Positions 9,901-20,374 of a stretch of DNA of 22,247 bases are shown here, one piece after another (position 1 is the first letter of the stretch; every line of letters begins with the position of its first letter). Origin of the DNA: Octopus sinensis (Eukaryota); contig NW_021836969.1 in NCBI RefSeq assembly GCF_006345805.1, positions 1 through 22,247 of the forward strand, given 5' to 3'. The position numbers and the translations under genes were made by a program. The notes beneath the pieces are model-generated. The model did no database searches. It saw only the letters and a program-made list of their open reading frames with translations, and was not told the origin of the DNA.

Positions 9901-9972
9901 AAGAACTCAGAAGGTCCTTTGCGATACCCTTCAAGCCAAGAACTTTTTAGCAGCCCCTCGTGTATGTATATA

Positions 9973-10726
9973 TTGTTGTTTGTTTGGCATCCTTTCTGTC
10001 TCGGGAGACAATGGAGTTGCGCATTTTTTTTTTTTTTTTTTTTTTTTTTCCTAGGTCTAGTCCGGCTGTTATATTTTATTTCCCGTTACATTTCTTGCTG
10101 TGGCTGTGTAGTCCTATCCTGGACAAACACTCCCTCTGGCAGGTACTGCAAATGTAGCGAAGACTGTTCCTAGCTGGTTGTAGTGCCATGGTCTCTTGTT
10201 TATGTCTCTTCCTTTCTTTCCATTTCTCCTCTCTCTTTTTGTCACTCCTCTGTATACCCTCTTTTACTGTACGTCGCCATTCTCCACGGTTGCCGGCGAC
10301 TGCCTCCCAACCGCTAATGTTGATGTTGCAGGCCTTCATATCCCTTTTGCAAACATCCTTGTAACGTAAGATCGGTCTACCCACAGACCTAGTACCCCTA
10401 GCAAGCTCTCCGTAGAGTATGTCCTTAGGGATTCTGCCATCTTTCATACGGCTAACATGCCCAAGCCATCTCATACGTCTTTGTGTGAGGAGTGCAAACA
10501 TGCTTGGTATTCCTGCTTGCCTGAGGACATCTTTGTTGGGGATATGATTCTGCCATTTGATGTGGAGGATTTTTCGGAGGCAGCGCAGGTGAAAGATGTT
10601 TAGGCGACGCTCTTGGCGTGTGTATAGCCTCCAGGTCTCGCTTCCATACAGTAGAGTGCTGAGTACACATGCCTGGTAGATCTTCATTTTTGTGGTCTTG
10701 GTCAGCTTATTGTTGTCCCAAGCCCG
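9973..10726 (-). mobile_element. 5'-truncated RTE-clade LINE, young copy
   Basis: Open ORF fragment, short 3'UTR with stem-loop TGTCTC/GAGACA (9997-10010) and a CAAACAAACAACAA tail; candidate TSD CGTGTAT(G/A)TATATA at 9959-9972 and 10725-10738. Confidence 0.92.
10076..10726 (-). pseudogene. C-terminal fragment (post-RT region and terminal Cys/His finger) of the RTE ORF protein; 5'-truncated, not a standalone gene
   Basis: RAWDNNKLTKTTKMKIYQACVLSTLLYGSETW..LRKILHIKW..RRMRWLGHVSRMKDGRIPKDILYGEL..GRP..RYKD..CSTCQRECLSRIGLHSH. The frame stays open upstream of the tracked ATG up to the junction; no stops in 651 bp until the terminal TAA. Confidence 0.92.
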
Positions 10727-11132
10727 TGTATATATATATATATATATATATATATGTCATATCATATCATATGGATATCTGGGTGCATGTATATAAACAT
10801 AAACATACATATATTTCTAAATATGACCATATATAGATAATACGGATACGTACATGTAAAATGTGTACGTATAAACAGAACAAAAGGTAGCGTGGTGGGG
10901 AGACACAAGAGGAAATAAAGTGAGGGAATGATGTGATTCTTATAGTCTAGCTTTTGTGGTTCCATATTACCATTTCTATTCATGTAATATTTTCCTTCAC
11001 TTAAAGTAATGCTTATATGAATTATAGACATGGTATGCTTAAATACATATGTATCATACTGCGTCACATCCTTTATCAATTTGTACAAATACATGCATAG
11101 ACGTGTATCTACACACACACACACACATACAC

Positions 11133-11214
<82 letters not shown>

Positions 11215-11535
11215 ATATAGAAGTACATACGCACATAGATACATACATAGCCACACACACACTTACAAGTATATATCAGTGTAATATGATTTCTGAAATA
11301 TATTTATCACATAATACGATTTATTTTCCTTATACATACATGAATATACATACGCGTACTTGTATAGTATATACATAAATACATAGATATACAGTCATGC
11401 ATAATTACACAGATGCTTCCACACACACATAAATACATACACACACACACACACATATATAATATATATAATAGTGGGAGAGAGAGAAAGATATAGAGGG
11501 GGAGTAAACATATATACCGTCATACATACCTCAAC

Positions 11536-11573
<38 letters not shown>

Positions 11574-11873
11574 GCATCTCCGTTTATACAACCTAATGAT
11601 GCGTAAATACATAAATATTTATTGAAGACAAGTCATTATGATAATCACTCTCAAGAAATTCACGTACTTCTTGCTTATCCACGAAAATCTGTGTACCAGC
11701 ACTTAATAGATATGCTCACACAAGCACGCATACATCTATACATTGACTACCACATGCACATACACACAAACATACGCACACGCACACACAAATGCATATA
11801 TCTACATGCGAATATGATTACGTGTATGGGTGTATGTGCGTACTTATAAGTCCATATGCATATATACAGATGT

Positions 11874-11944
<71 letters not shown>

Positions 11945-12376
11945 GTAAACACACTCACAGACACATATGCATATATATACTACCTATATTACTTACCTGC
12001 TATGCAATGATAAAACAGAAACTTAATGGCGCATATTTTAAAATAATTCCCATATTTTTTATTGCTTTCTTTGGTATGTCTCTCGGTCTTTTTCTCTCTT
12101 ACTCATTTTCCTTTACACACTCACACACACACTCTCTCTCCTTCCCCCCTCTCTCCCCTTCCCCCTCTCTCTCTCCCCCTCTCTCTCCCCTTCTCTCTCT
12201 CTATATATATATGTCCATTTGACTATGCATCTGTGAATCTATTCACCGATCGATCTCGTCATCTACTTATTTATGTATCTATGTATCTGTTATTGATTCC
12301 CTCCGTTTCTCTCTATCTACGCCACCCTTTATCTATATATGTAATTATGTATGCATGCATGTATGTATGTATGTAC

Positions 12377-12421
<45 letters not shown>

Positions 12422-12860
12422 ATATATATACATAATTATATATATATCATATATAACAACACACACACACACACACCACACATATATATATATATATAAT
12501 ATTATAATATATCATATATATATACATATACATATATATATATATGTTATATGTATATGTATCCCTCTTCTCTCTCTCTCTCTCTCTGCCCCTCTGCATA
12601 CATACGCACACAGATACAGACACACACATACATATGCACCTATCCATGCATGTGTGTATGTATGTGTATGTATACATGCATATGTATATACACGCTGATG
12701 CGCCACACTCAAATATGTGAGTATATATTATCTGTTTCTTAATCTTTCTCTTTCTCTCTTTATTTACCCAGCCATCGACAAATCGTCGTACCCTATATAT
12801 GTATGCGTATGTGTGAGTATGTATCCGTGTGTGTGTATGTGTTTGTGTGTGTGTGTGTGG
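10727..12860. repeat. Extended field of (TA)n, (CA)n, (CT)n and (TATG)n microsatellites with short unique spacers
   Basis: Pure tracts at ~10729-10755, 11110-11210, 11538-11570, 11881-11940, 12120-12210 and 12381-12416. Confidence 0.9.
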
Positions 12861-13074
12861 TGATTCTTCTGCATGCATCAGTGAATAGATGCATGTATGG
12901 GCGTATGTGGTATGGTGTACTTAGTTATAGATGTATGCGTCTTTCTCTTCCCTCTCGGTCTATTCAGAAATCATAAATAGACGGTGAGGATTTACACCAG
13001 ACGCGCATCGAAAATGTACGCAGCAAATAATACTTGAGAACGGAAATTTAATTTACGTATGTCTTCCAGGCCTC

Positions 13075-13493
13075 TCTTCTTCTTCTTCTCTTCTTCTTCT
13101 TCTTCTTCTTCTTCTTCTTCTTCTTCTTCTTCTTCTTCTTCTTTCTTCTTCTTCTTCTTCTTCTTTCTTTCTTCTTCTTCTTTTCTTCTTCTTCTTCTTC
13201 TTCTTATCTTCTTCTTCTTCTTCTTCTTCTCTTTCTTCTTCTTCTTCTTCTTCTTCTTCTTCTTTCTCTTCTTCTTCTTCTCTCTCTTCTACTTCTCTTC
13301 TTCTTCTTTCTCTTCTTTTCCTTCTTCTCTCTCTTCTCTTATCTTCTTCTTCTCCTCTCCTCCTCATCTCATCTCTTCTTCTTCCTTCTTCATCTCTTCA
13401 TCATCATCACCATCATCTTCTTCTTCTTCTTCTTCTTCTTCTTCTTTCTTCTTCTTCTTCTTCTTCTTCTTCTTCTTCTTCTTCTTCTTCTTC
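13075..13493. repeat. Long (CTT)n polypyrimidine tract, ~420 bp
   Basis: Directly visible. Confidence 0.97.
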
Positions 13494-13539
13494 AGAAAGA
13501 GAGAAAGAGTTACATCACCTGGTAGTAATTTTCAAAAAT

Positions 13540-13655
13540 GTAGACCAGAGTATTGAGAAATGAACTTTGTTGCTCGATGATACAACGCAGCCCTCCAGTC
13601 CAGGAATCGAACTCACAGCCTTAAGATCACAAGCCCAACACTCTAGCAACTAGCT
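13540..13655 (-). mobile_element. Degenerate tRNA head plus CORE-like SINE fragment
   Basis: Reverse complement reads CTAGTTGCTAGAGTGTTGGGC..GAGTTCGATTCCTGGACTGG..GCGTTGTATCATCGAGCAAC. Confidence 0.65.
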
Positions 13656-13725
13656 CTTCTCTCGAAGATTTACCATTTATCTTTCCTTCAAATAAAAATC
13701 TTTATATATATCGCATTCTTACTAT

Positions 13726-14059
13726 TGAAGAAAGTGCGATATACATGAGGAATATTTGAAGGATCTACGATATTTGAATTCATCTACGAAGCAATTGCCC
13801 CAGCTCCCCTTCAGGATTGGCGAAAGCGATGTGGTGGACAACGAAAAACCTGGCTGATGACAGTCAAGGCTGATCTGGAACCCAACCTAGGCCTCCATAT
13901 CTACGGCATTCACCACTGGAATAAGGAGTGGTTGGAGATCACGCGGTCGTTAGCCTCAAATCGCCGGGCTACTCGGCGTTTGTGAGAGATGCAGCATTGA
14001 GGATGAATGAAGCCAGCGCAACCCACCCCGGGTGAATGCTGTTAAGTCAAGTCAAGTCA
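13726..14059 (+). mobile_element. 5'-truncated RTE-type LINE 3' end (second family) with (AAGTC)n tail and 12-bp TSD
   Basis: From ~13776 translates EFIYEAIAPAPLQDWRKRCGGQRKTWLMTVKADLEPNLG..WNKEWLEITRSLASNRRA, then a frameshift. Tail AAGTCAAGTCAAGTCA at 14044-14059. TSD CATTCTTACTAT at 13714-13725 and 14058-14069. Confidence 0.85.
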
Positions 14060-14496
14060 TTCTTACTATGTGACCAAAATACTTTGGCATATTTTTTAAA
14101 CCAATTCGTTGAGAGTAATGATGCTTTTACATTTACAGATTACAGTGCTTCTTCATTAATTTTATGCTTTGCCCAACATATTCTAAATAATCTTCTATTT
14201 GTCCACGTTTCAAAAGCCTTTAGTTGGTCAGTTACAGTTCTTGCCAATGTCCTTCATCATCTGGCAGTGTTGTCTAGTCCTTGATCTCATTAAACCAGTT
14301 TGTTCTAGATCTTCCTCTCAAATATCTGCCATTTATCATTCTTTCTCGTAACGGTTTTTTCTATGCCTGGTCCCTTACAATTTGACCAAAGCAATTTAGC
14401 TTCTCTTTATTATCATTAATTGTAATGATCATTTTGTATCTAATAATTATCACACATTTCTAGTTTCATGTTTTGCCAAAGATATGCCATACAATC

Positions 14497-14575
14497 TTAT
14501 ATAACCTCGGGTCGACTAGGCCTTGTGAGTGGATATTTGGCAGACGGAAACAGAAAGAAGTCCGTCGTATGTATA

Positions 14576-14635
<60 letters not shown>

Positions 14636-14880
14636 TGTGTGTGTGTGCGTGTGTGTGTGTTTGTATATTTGTGTGTGTGTCTATCGTTGTTCCCCCTTCA
14701 TCGCTTGACAACCGAGGCTGGTGTGTTTATGTCCCCGTAAATTAGCGGTTCGGCTAAAAGGACCGATAGAATAAGTATTAAGCTTACAAAGAATAAGTCC
14801 TGGGATCGATCTGTTCGACTGAAAGCGGTGCTTCAGCATGGCCACAGTCAAAATGACTGAAACAAGTAAAAGAGTAAAAA
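14497..14880 (+). mobile_element. Headless copy of SINE family B with internal (TA)n(TG)n
   Basis: Colinear with ~19230-19545: CCTTGTGAGTGGAT..GACGGAAAC, GCTTGACAACCGA, GACCGATAGAATAAGTA, ATGACTGAAACAAGTAAAAG. Confidence 0.88.
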
Positions 14881-16029
14881 AAATATGTCCAGACTTGAAA
14901 AACTTACAGTTTGTCAGGAACATATTTCGTCAATGCACTTCACTGTATGATAACAGTTCTTGATGTTACCAAACCAATTTATTATAGGTCTTCCTCTCGA
15001 GCGTTTACCATTTATCTTTCCTTCGATTAACACTTTTTGTATACCTTGTACTCTTACTCTACGACAAACGTACATTAGCTTCCTTTTACAATAGTTCAGA
15101 CAAGTGAATCGCTTGTGTTTTTAAGCTATAGTGCTTCATCATTAGTCTTGCTTTATCCAAGATATTCGCATAATTCTTCTTTGTGTCCGTCCACCTTTCA
15201 AAAGCTTCTAGTTTGTCAAATAGTTTTCGTCAATGCTCACGTTTCTACAAACCATGCGTTTATAGGAAAATACACGAGGTTGAAAAAAATGGAATCAGAA
15301 ACTACATGTTGAAAATATGGCATATTTATAAGAATTTGTTCGCGGGACGTAAACAAATGATCCATGAAATATGTTTTAGTAAAAAAAAAACCTTATTTTC
15401 TGTATCTGATATCTTTGATATACTTACGTTCTGTTGAGTCGTTGTTCTCTTATAAAACACCTCAGATAGACGGCACTTGTGCTGCCTAGACGTGCGTGCA
15501 TCTGTCTACTATACAGTTCCTGGCATATATTTAAGGCTCGCAATATCTTTTTACACACTAGACAAATTTTAAGATATATTTCACTGACAAGATACATTTC
15601 ATTTATATTATAAAGTGGCTGATACTTACGTTTGGCCGTTCGCCTTTAAATACTATTCACTCTCACGCTCAATATACAGTGCTACCAACTCTCACCGGCT
15701 GACGAGACGAACAGTCAGTGAAACATCAATCTTGTATCACTCACACACATGCGTCCGCGCACAGATACGCAAGAACAAACAAACAGATATATTCAAATAC
15801 ATTTATTATGCATTTACGAGAACATGATTGACAGTAACTTCGAATTTTTTGCTTGCTAGTCATCATCAGAAGATACTGTCACCGGTCGTCTTACAAATGT
15901 CTAAATATATACTCCACAAAAAAGTACGGAGTAATTCTTCAGTTTATAGTTCAATGGCTTTTAATATAACTCAACATAAAAACAAGTAAAACATATGCAT
16001 ACATAACATATATATATGTATATACATGT

Positions 16030-16164
16030 ATCTCTCTCTCTACCTATCTATATTTCTGTCTGTCTGTCTATCTGTCTATCCATCTAACTATATAACCCTC
16101 TCTCTATGTGTGTGTGTGTGTGTGAGTATGTATCTATGTATATATGTATCTATCTATGCATCAG

Positions 16165-16207
<43 letters not shown>

Positions 16208-16215
16208 CTATCTGA
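16030..16215. repeat. (TCTA)n/(TG)n/(CT)n compound microsatellite
   Basis: Directly visible. Confidence 0.9.
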
Positions 16216-16999
16216 AAACATCCATGCATTATTACATACATGGATACACATGTACTTATACATATAAGACGTAGACTTTCATACCACCAGTTTACACAAG
16301 ATTTTATGCACGCGAGATGAAATGCGAAGTGTACTTGTGTCTATATACGTCATGCTTGCGAGTGCATGCGGGTGCATGTGTATATACGTGCATATATGTG
16401 CTTGTGTGTGTATGTATTTGTATATGCGTATAATTTTCTGTGTTTGCAAACGAAAGATAGATAAATAGATTGAGAAAGATACGACGACAATGAAGCATTT
16501 GTACATGTGCGTGCATGATGGTGCAGTTTTCGAGACGGATTGCAGATAGATAAAAGTATTTTACATTCAGAAGGATCTCAATTTAAACGCTAATGGATAT
16601 AAACGGCTGCACGTTACGTAATAATGTTCAATTTACTACTTTGCTTAGTGATGATACACTTGCTTAAGCTCTTTATCTTGCAGATTAATTCCGTTTTGTT
16701 TTGCAGGCTTGCTTTTTTGGTTTTTTATTTTATTTTTTGTTTTTTCTTGTTGTTGTTGTTGTTCTTGTGTTATGGCAGCAGGGTATATATATATATGTGG
16801 TGGCGGCAGCGGTTATGGTGGTGGAGGTGGTGGTGGTGGTGTTAGTGTAGATATAGGTGTAGAATTATGGGGTTGTGTGTAGGCAGGGTAGTGGGTTGGT
16901 GTGGGGTGTGGAGGAGGGGTGTAGCATGAGATGAATATTTCGTCTTAAGGATTATTTGCTTCTAAGAACAAAACAGGAAATGGTATATAATAAAACACA

Positions 17000-17208
17000 C
17001 CGATATATATATACATAGATGTATATATATATATATATACATAGATATATATATATATATATATACATATATATATACATGCATACATATATATGCATAC
17101 ATGCATACATATATATATATACATACATATATATGCATATATATACATATATATACATGCATATATACATGTATATATGCATATATATACATATATTATA
17201 TACATGTG

Positions 17209-17268
<60 letters not shown>

Positions 17269-17477
17269 TGCATATATACATACATACACACGGGCACGCG
17301 TGTATATGTATATATATTCATACACATACACACATATAAATGAGTGTGTATTTGCACATGTATATATATATATAAATATATACACACGTAGATATATATA
17401 TAAATACATCTATAATGTATATGCATGCTCATACTTCATATATTTTTACTTACATATATGTATATATATATACATAA

Positions 17478-17512
<35 letters not shown>

Positions 17513-17610
17513 CATATATATACATAAATATATATGTATATATACATATATATGTGTAAATATATGTTCATATATATATATGTGTGTGTGTATGTGTGTG
17601 TATATGTATA
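17000..17610. repeat. Long degenerate (TA)n/(TACA)n tract
   Basis: Directly visible. Confidence 0.95.
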
Positions 17611-17619
17611 CATTTGTAC

Positions 17620-18460
17620 ATGCTTGCTTCTATCAATCTATTTGTCTATCTATCTATCTCTCTATCTATCTATCTCTTTATCTATCATTATTTCTGCTCC
17701 TCTCCAAGGCTTCTCTCCAATCAGTGAAACATTTCTGCCACTTCTTCATTCAACCAATTATTCTCTAGTTTCTTTCAATTTTCTCTCTGTCTTCCTTCTT
17801 TTCCTCCTCCGTTCTTTCGTTGCTTTCACCATGTTATTTGTGTTAGTTTTATTTCTTTGATTCTTCGTATTTTTAAGCTCAAGAATTTTACTTTTGTCCT
17901 CCTTATATTCCTATAGTTCTTTCCTCTTCATTTTCTCTTGTTTTTGTCCTTCTCTCACTTCACGTTATTTCAGCTAATTATCACAACTTCACGTTATTCT
18001 CATCTCTGTCTCTTCCACTGTCCCTATCTATGTCAGTCTGCCTATCTGTCTTTCTCACTTCCCCTCTCTCTCTTTATTTGCTACTTATTCACTCCATCTC
18101 TGCTGCTCTTCATAATGTATTTCGTTATCTCCTTTCCTCTATTTTTTCTTCAACTTCAAACTTTCATTCATCCTCGTTTTCAATCAGTTTCTCGCTTTCT
18201 TCTGCTGTCTTTCTGATCTAGTTACCTTCATCTTAATCTTTTCTTTGTCATTCTCCATCTCTCTCTCGCTCTCTCTTTCACCCCTCTCTCCCATTCCCAT
18301 TCTTTATAGTTTTCATTGCTTCTTTCTGTCTTTTACACCGGTTTCGTCTCTCTCTCTTACTATTGTATCCTGTTTTTGTTTCTGATAATCCAACAATCAC
18401 ATCCTGCCTTTTTAAGCGCTTACTTTACATGTTCTCTTCCGTCACTCTTGTTCTCGTTTT
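17620..18460. repeat. Low-complexity pyrimidine-rich tract
   Basis: Strong C/T strand bias over ~840 bp without a clean period. Confidence 0.75.
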
Positions 18461-18464
18461 ATAT

Positions 18465-18625
18465 AACTAAACTAAACACATCTAAACTAACTATAACTTA
18501 ACCATCCTCTCACACCATTTCCGATGATGGGATACAATTAATAAATATCCTAGAAACAGCTGTAAGACCTTCTATCTATAAATGCCCTGATATCTACACA
18601 GCCTTGGTCTTTTATCGCATTACGA
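18465..18625 (+). mobile_element. Probable terminal (pseudo-LTR) fragment of a Penelope-like element
   Basis: Contains a minimal hammerhead-like motif typical of PLE terminal repeats, preceded by AC-rich sequence and ending at a (TA) microsatellite. No RT or GIY-YIG coding sequence visible. Confidence 0.5.
18517..18568 (+). ncRNA. Degenerate minimal type I hammerhead ribozyme motif
   Basis: CCGATGA (18521-18527, one change from CUGANGA); 7-bp stem II TGGGATA/TATCCTA; GAAA (18553-18556); palindromic stem III ACAGCTGT; GUA cleavage triplet at 18562-18564; weak 3-bp stem I TTT/AGA. Confidence 0.6.
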
Positions 18626-19140
18626 TATATGTGTATATATACACATATATGTATATATATATATCATTAATATCAAGTATTTATAGACTTTCGAGAAAAC
18701 GTGACATGATTCAGTTAGGGAATTGAATCTCGAAGCACATAGATGCTACAAATCATATTACGTGGACATTGGGTTGAAAAACCGTCATGGATAGAAAAAT
18801 TCGAAGGCTACCCACATGTGTACACATCACACACACACGTACGCACTCACATATATATGTAAACACTTACACACACATACACAAACATAATTATCATGCA
18901 ATATATCATAAAGCCAGAGTGGGAGAGAAAAAGAAAGTTGTGATAAGCGAAGAAAAGGGAGAATATGAATATATGGGATAAACCAAAATTGCCTTCGAAA
19001 TGTTATGAACAGAACATATGCCATGATTCAGATGCGAAGACAAATATAACTTACGGTACCATCAAAGATGCTACTGTAAATTTGTTCATTATCGAAGAAA
19101 CCAACCAATGAAAATGATGTGAAAAGCAATTTCTACATAA

Positions 19141-19555
19141 AGCGCAGGAGTGGCTGTGTGGTAAGTAGCTTGCTTACCAACCACATGGTTCTGGGTTCAG
19201 TCCCACTGCGTGGCACCTTAGGCAAGTGTCTTCTACTATAGCCTCGGGCCGACCAAAGCCTTGTGAATGGATTTACTAGACGGAAACTGAAAGCAGCCCG
19301 TCGTATATATATGCATATATATGTGTGCGTGTATGTTTGTGTGTCTGTGTTTGTCCTCCTAGCATTGCTTGACAACCGATGCAGGTGTGTTTATGTCCCA
19401 TCACTTAGCAGTTCGGCAAAAGAGACCGATAGAATAAGTATTGGGCTTACAAAGTATAAGTCCTGGGGTCGAGTTGCTCGACTAAAGGCGGTGCTCCAAC
19501 ATGGCCGCAGTCAAATGACTGAAACAAGTAAAAGGGTAAAAGAGTAAAGAGTAAA
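19141..19555 (+). mobile_element. Full-length tRNA-derived CORE-like SINE (family B) with internal microsatellite
   Basis: A-box TGGCTGTGTGG, B-box GGTTCAGTCCC, CORE-like CACCTTAGGCAAGTGTCTT, internal (TA)/(TG) at ~19304-19350, tail repeats GTAAAAG(A/G). Three other partial copies in the window. Confidence 0.9.
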
Positions 19556-19964
19556 ACTGAGACGCATGAAATACTGTTATATCGGAAAATTTCGTCAACA
19601 TATAGAAACGAGTCGGACTTAGTTACATGTGCTTGCAGAGTATAAAATCAAGTTTTTGATCCTCCTTTATCATAGGAGTTTCATTAAAAACACACATGAA
19701 AAAAAAAAAAGCGATAAAAGAATCAGTGATGAATAAATCACCTCCACGGATTTTGTAAGCAGAACAAATGGTTCATCCATCGACACCAAACTCGCGACAC
19801 TCAACAGCAAACTTCTGTCGTTATGCATTTTCGAAATCATTTCTACTATTTCCTGCAGAGAGGACACTCGAATGGGTCGTATGTATCTTAGAAACAGGCG
19901 CTTTCGTATTCTTTAGTTATGTTTTTTGTTTGTTTCCTGGTCCTATGTGAATATGTGGCTGGCT

Positions 19965-20175
19965 GGGGGCACCCCGTAGTTTCCAACGTGGTATATTCTA
20001 GCCGAGTGGATCAACGGAAGAGCCTGCCAGAGACATTGGCGTGCAAGTCGCAGAGCCCTCCGCGCACAGGCGTACCCTTACGTTAACGTACCCTTAACGT
20101 ATATGTCAGGGAAACAGCCTAACACACCGAATGTTACAAGGTCCGTTCTTTCAAATACAAGTACAGCTAATTTCC
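19965..20175 (-). mobile_element. SINE 3' body (family D), minus strand
   Basis: Reverse complement GTACTTGTATTTGAAAGAACGGACCTTGTAACA..TACGTTAAGGGTAC..GGAGGGCTC is homologous to 20252-20350. Contains a ~16-bp tandem duplication (CGTACCCTTA at ~20071 and ~20087). Confidence 0.65.
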
Positions 20176-20179
20176 CAAC

Positions 20180-20352
20180 GACGCGTTGTGTCCTTGAGCA
20201 AGACACTTTATTTCACATTGCTCCAGTCCAGTCAGCTGGATAAAATGAGTAGTACTTGTATTTCAGAAGGGCGGCCTTGTCACACTTTGTGTCATGTTTA
20301 ATCGCCCTAAGAACTACGTTAAAGGTATACGTGTCTGTGGAGTGCTCAGCAC
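20180..20352 (+). mobile_element. CORE-like SINE fragment (family D), headless
   Basis: GCGTTGTGTCCTTGAGCAAGACACTTTATTTCACATTGCTCCAGTCC..AAAATGAGTA CORE-like block, followed by the body shared with 20040-20170. Confidence 0.75.
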
Positions 20353-20374
20353 GCAATTGTGGGGGAGGAGGCCT

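Larger units (their letters stand above)
13655..15250 (-). repeat. Three diverged head-to-tail copies (~300-bp unit) of an RTE C-terminal coding fragment, interrupted by two later insertions
   Basis: Homologous anchors TCTT(C)CTCTC...CCATTTATC at 13655, 14310 and 14989. Each unit translates on the minus strand to degenerate LTK..DKLEAFE.W..RR..RI.W..NEEAL..YFGHIVR..EGKINGKRSRGR..NWF..IK. Confidence 0.8.

Noticed and set aside
12940-12990. Possible 16-nt microexon (pyrimidine tract-CAG / GTGAGG)
   Set aside because: Stops in two of three frames, length not a multiple of three, and pyrimidine tracts are ubiquitous here; needs RNA-seq.
15695-15740. Hammerhead-like CTGACGA-GAC-GAACA-GTC-agt-GAAACA..TGTA
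   Set aside because: Three extra nucleotides separate stem II from GAAA, stem I has only ~2 pairs, and a competing CTGAC/GTCAG hairpin sequesters the core. An Infernal or copy-number search could revive it.
16645-16720. C/D-box snoRNA (GTGATGA C-box)
   Set aside because: No downstream CTGA D-box or terminal stem at a suitable distance.
1242-18501. Dozens of ORFs with poly-I/Y/V/C/H/S/F/D/M runs
   Set aside because: Read-through of di- and trinucleotide microsatellites, open in several overlapping frames and on both strands; no domain content.
19143-19217. tRNA gene candidates (also ~420-500, 4793-4860, 13590-13655)
   Set aside because: A/B boxes are present but there is no clean cloverleaf, and each continues into a SINE body.
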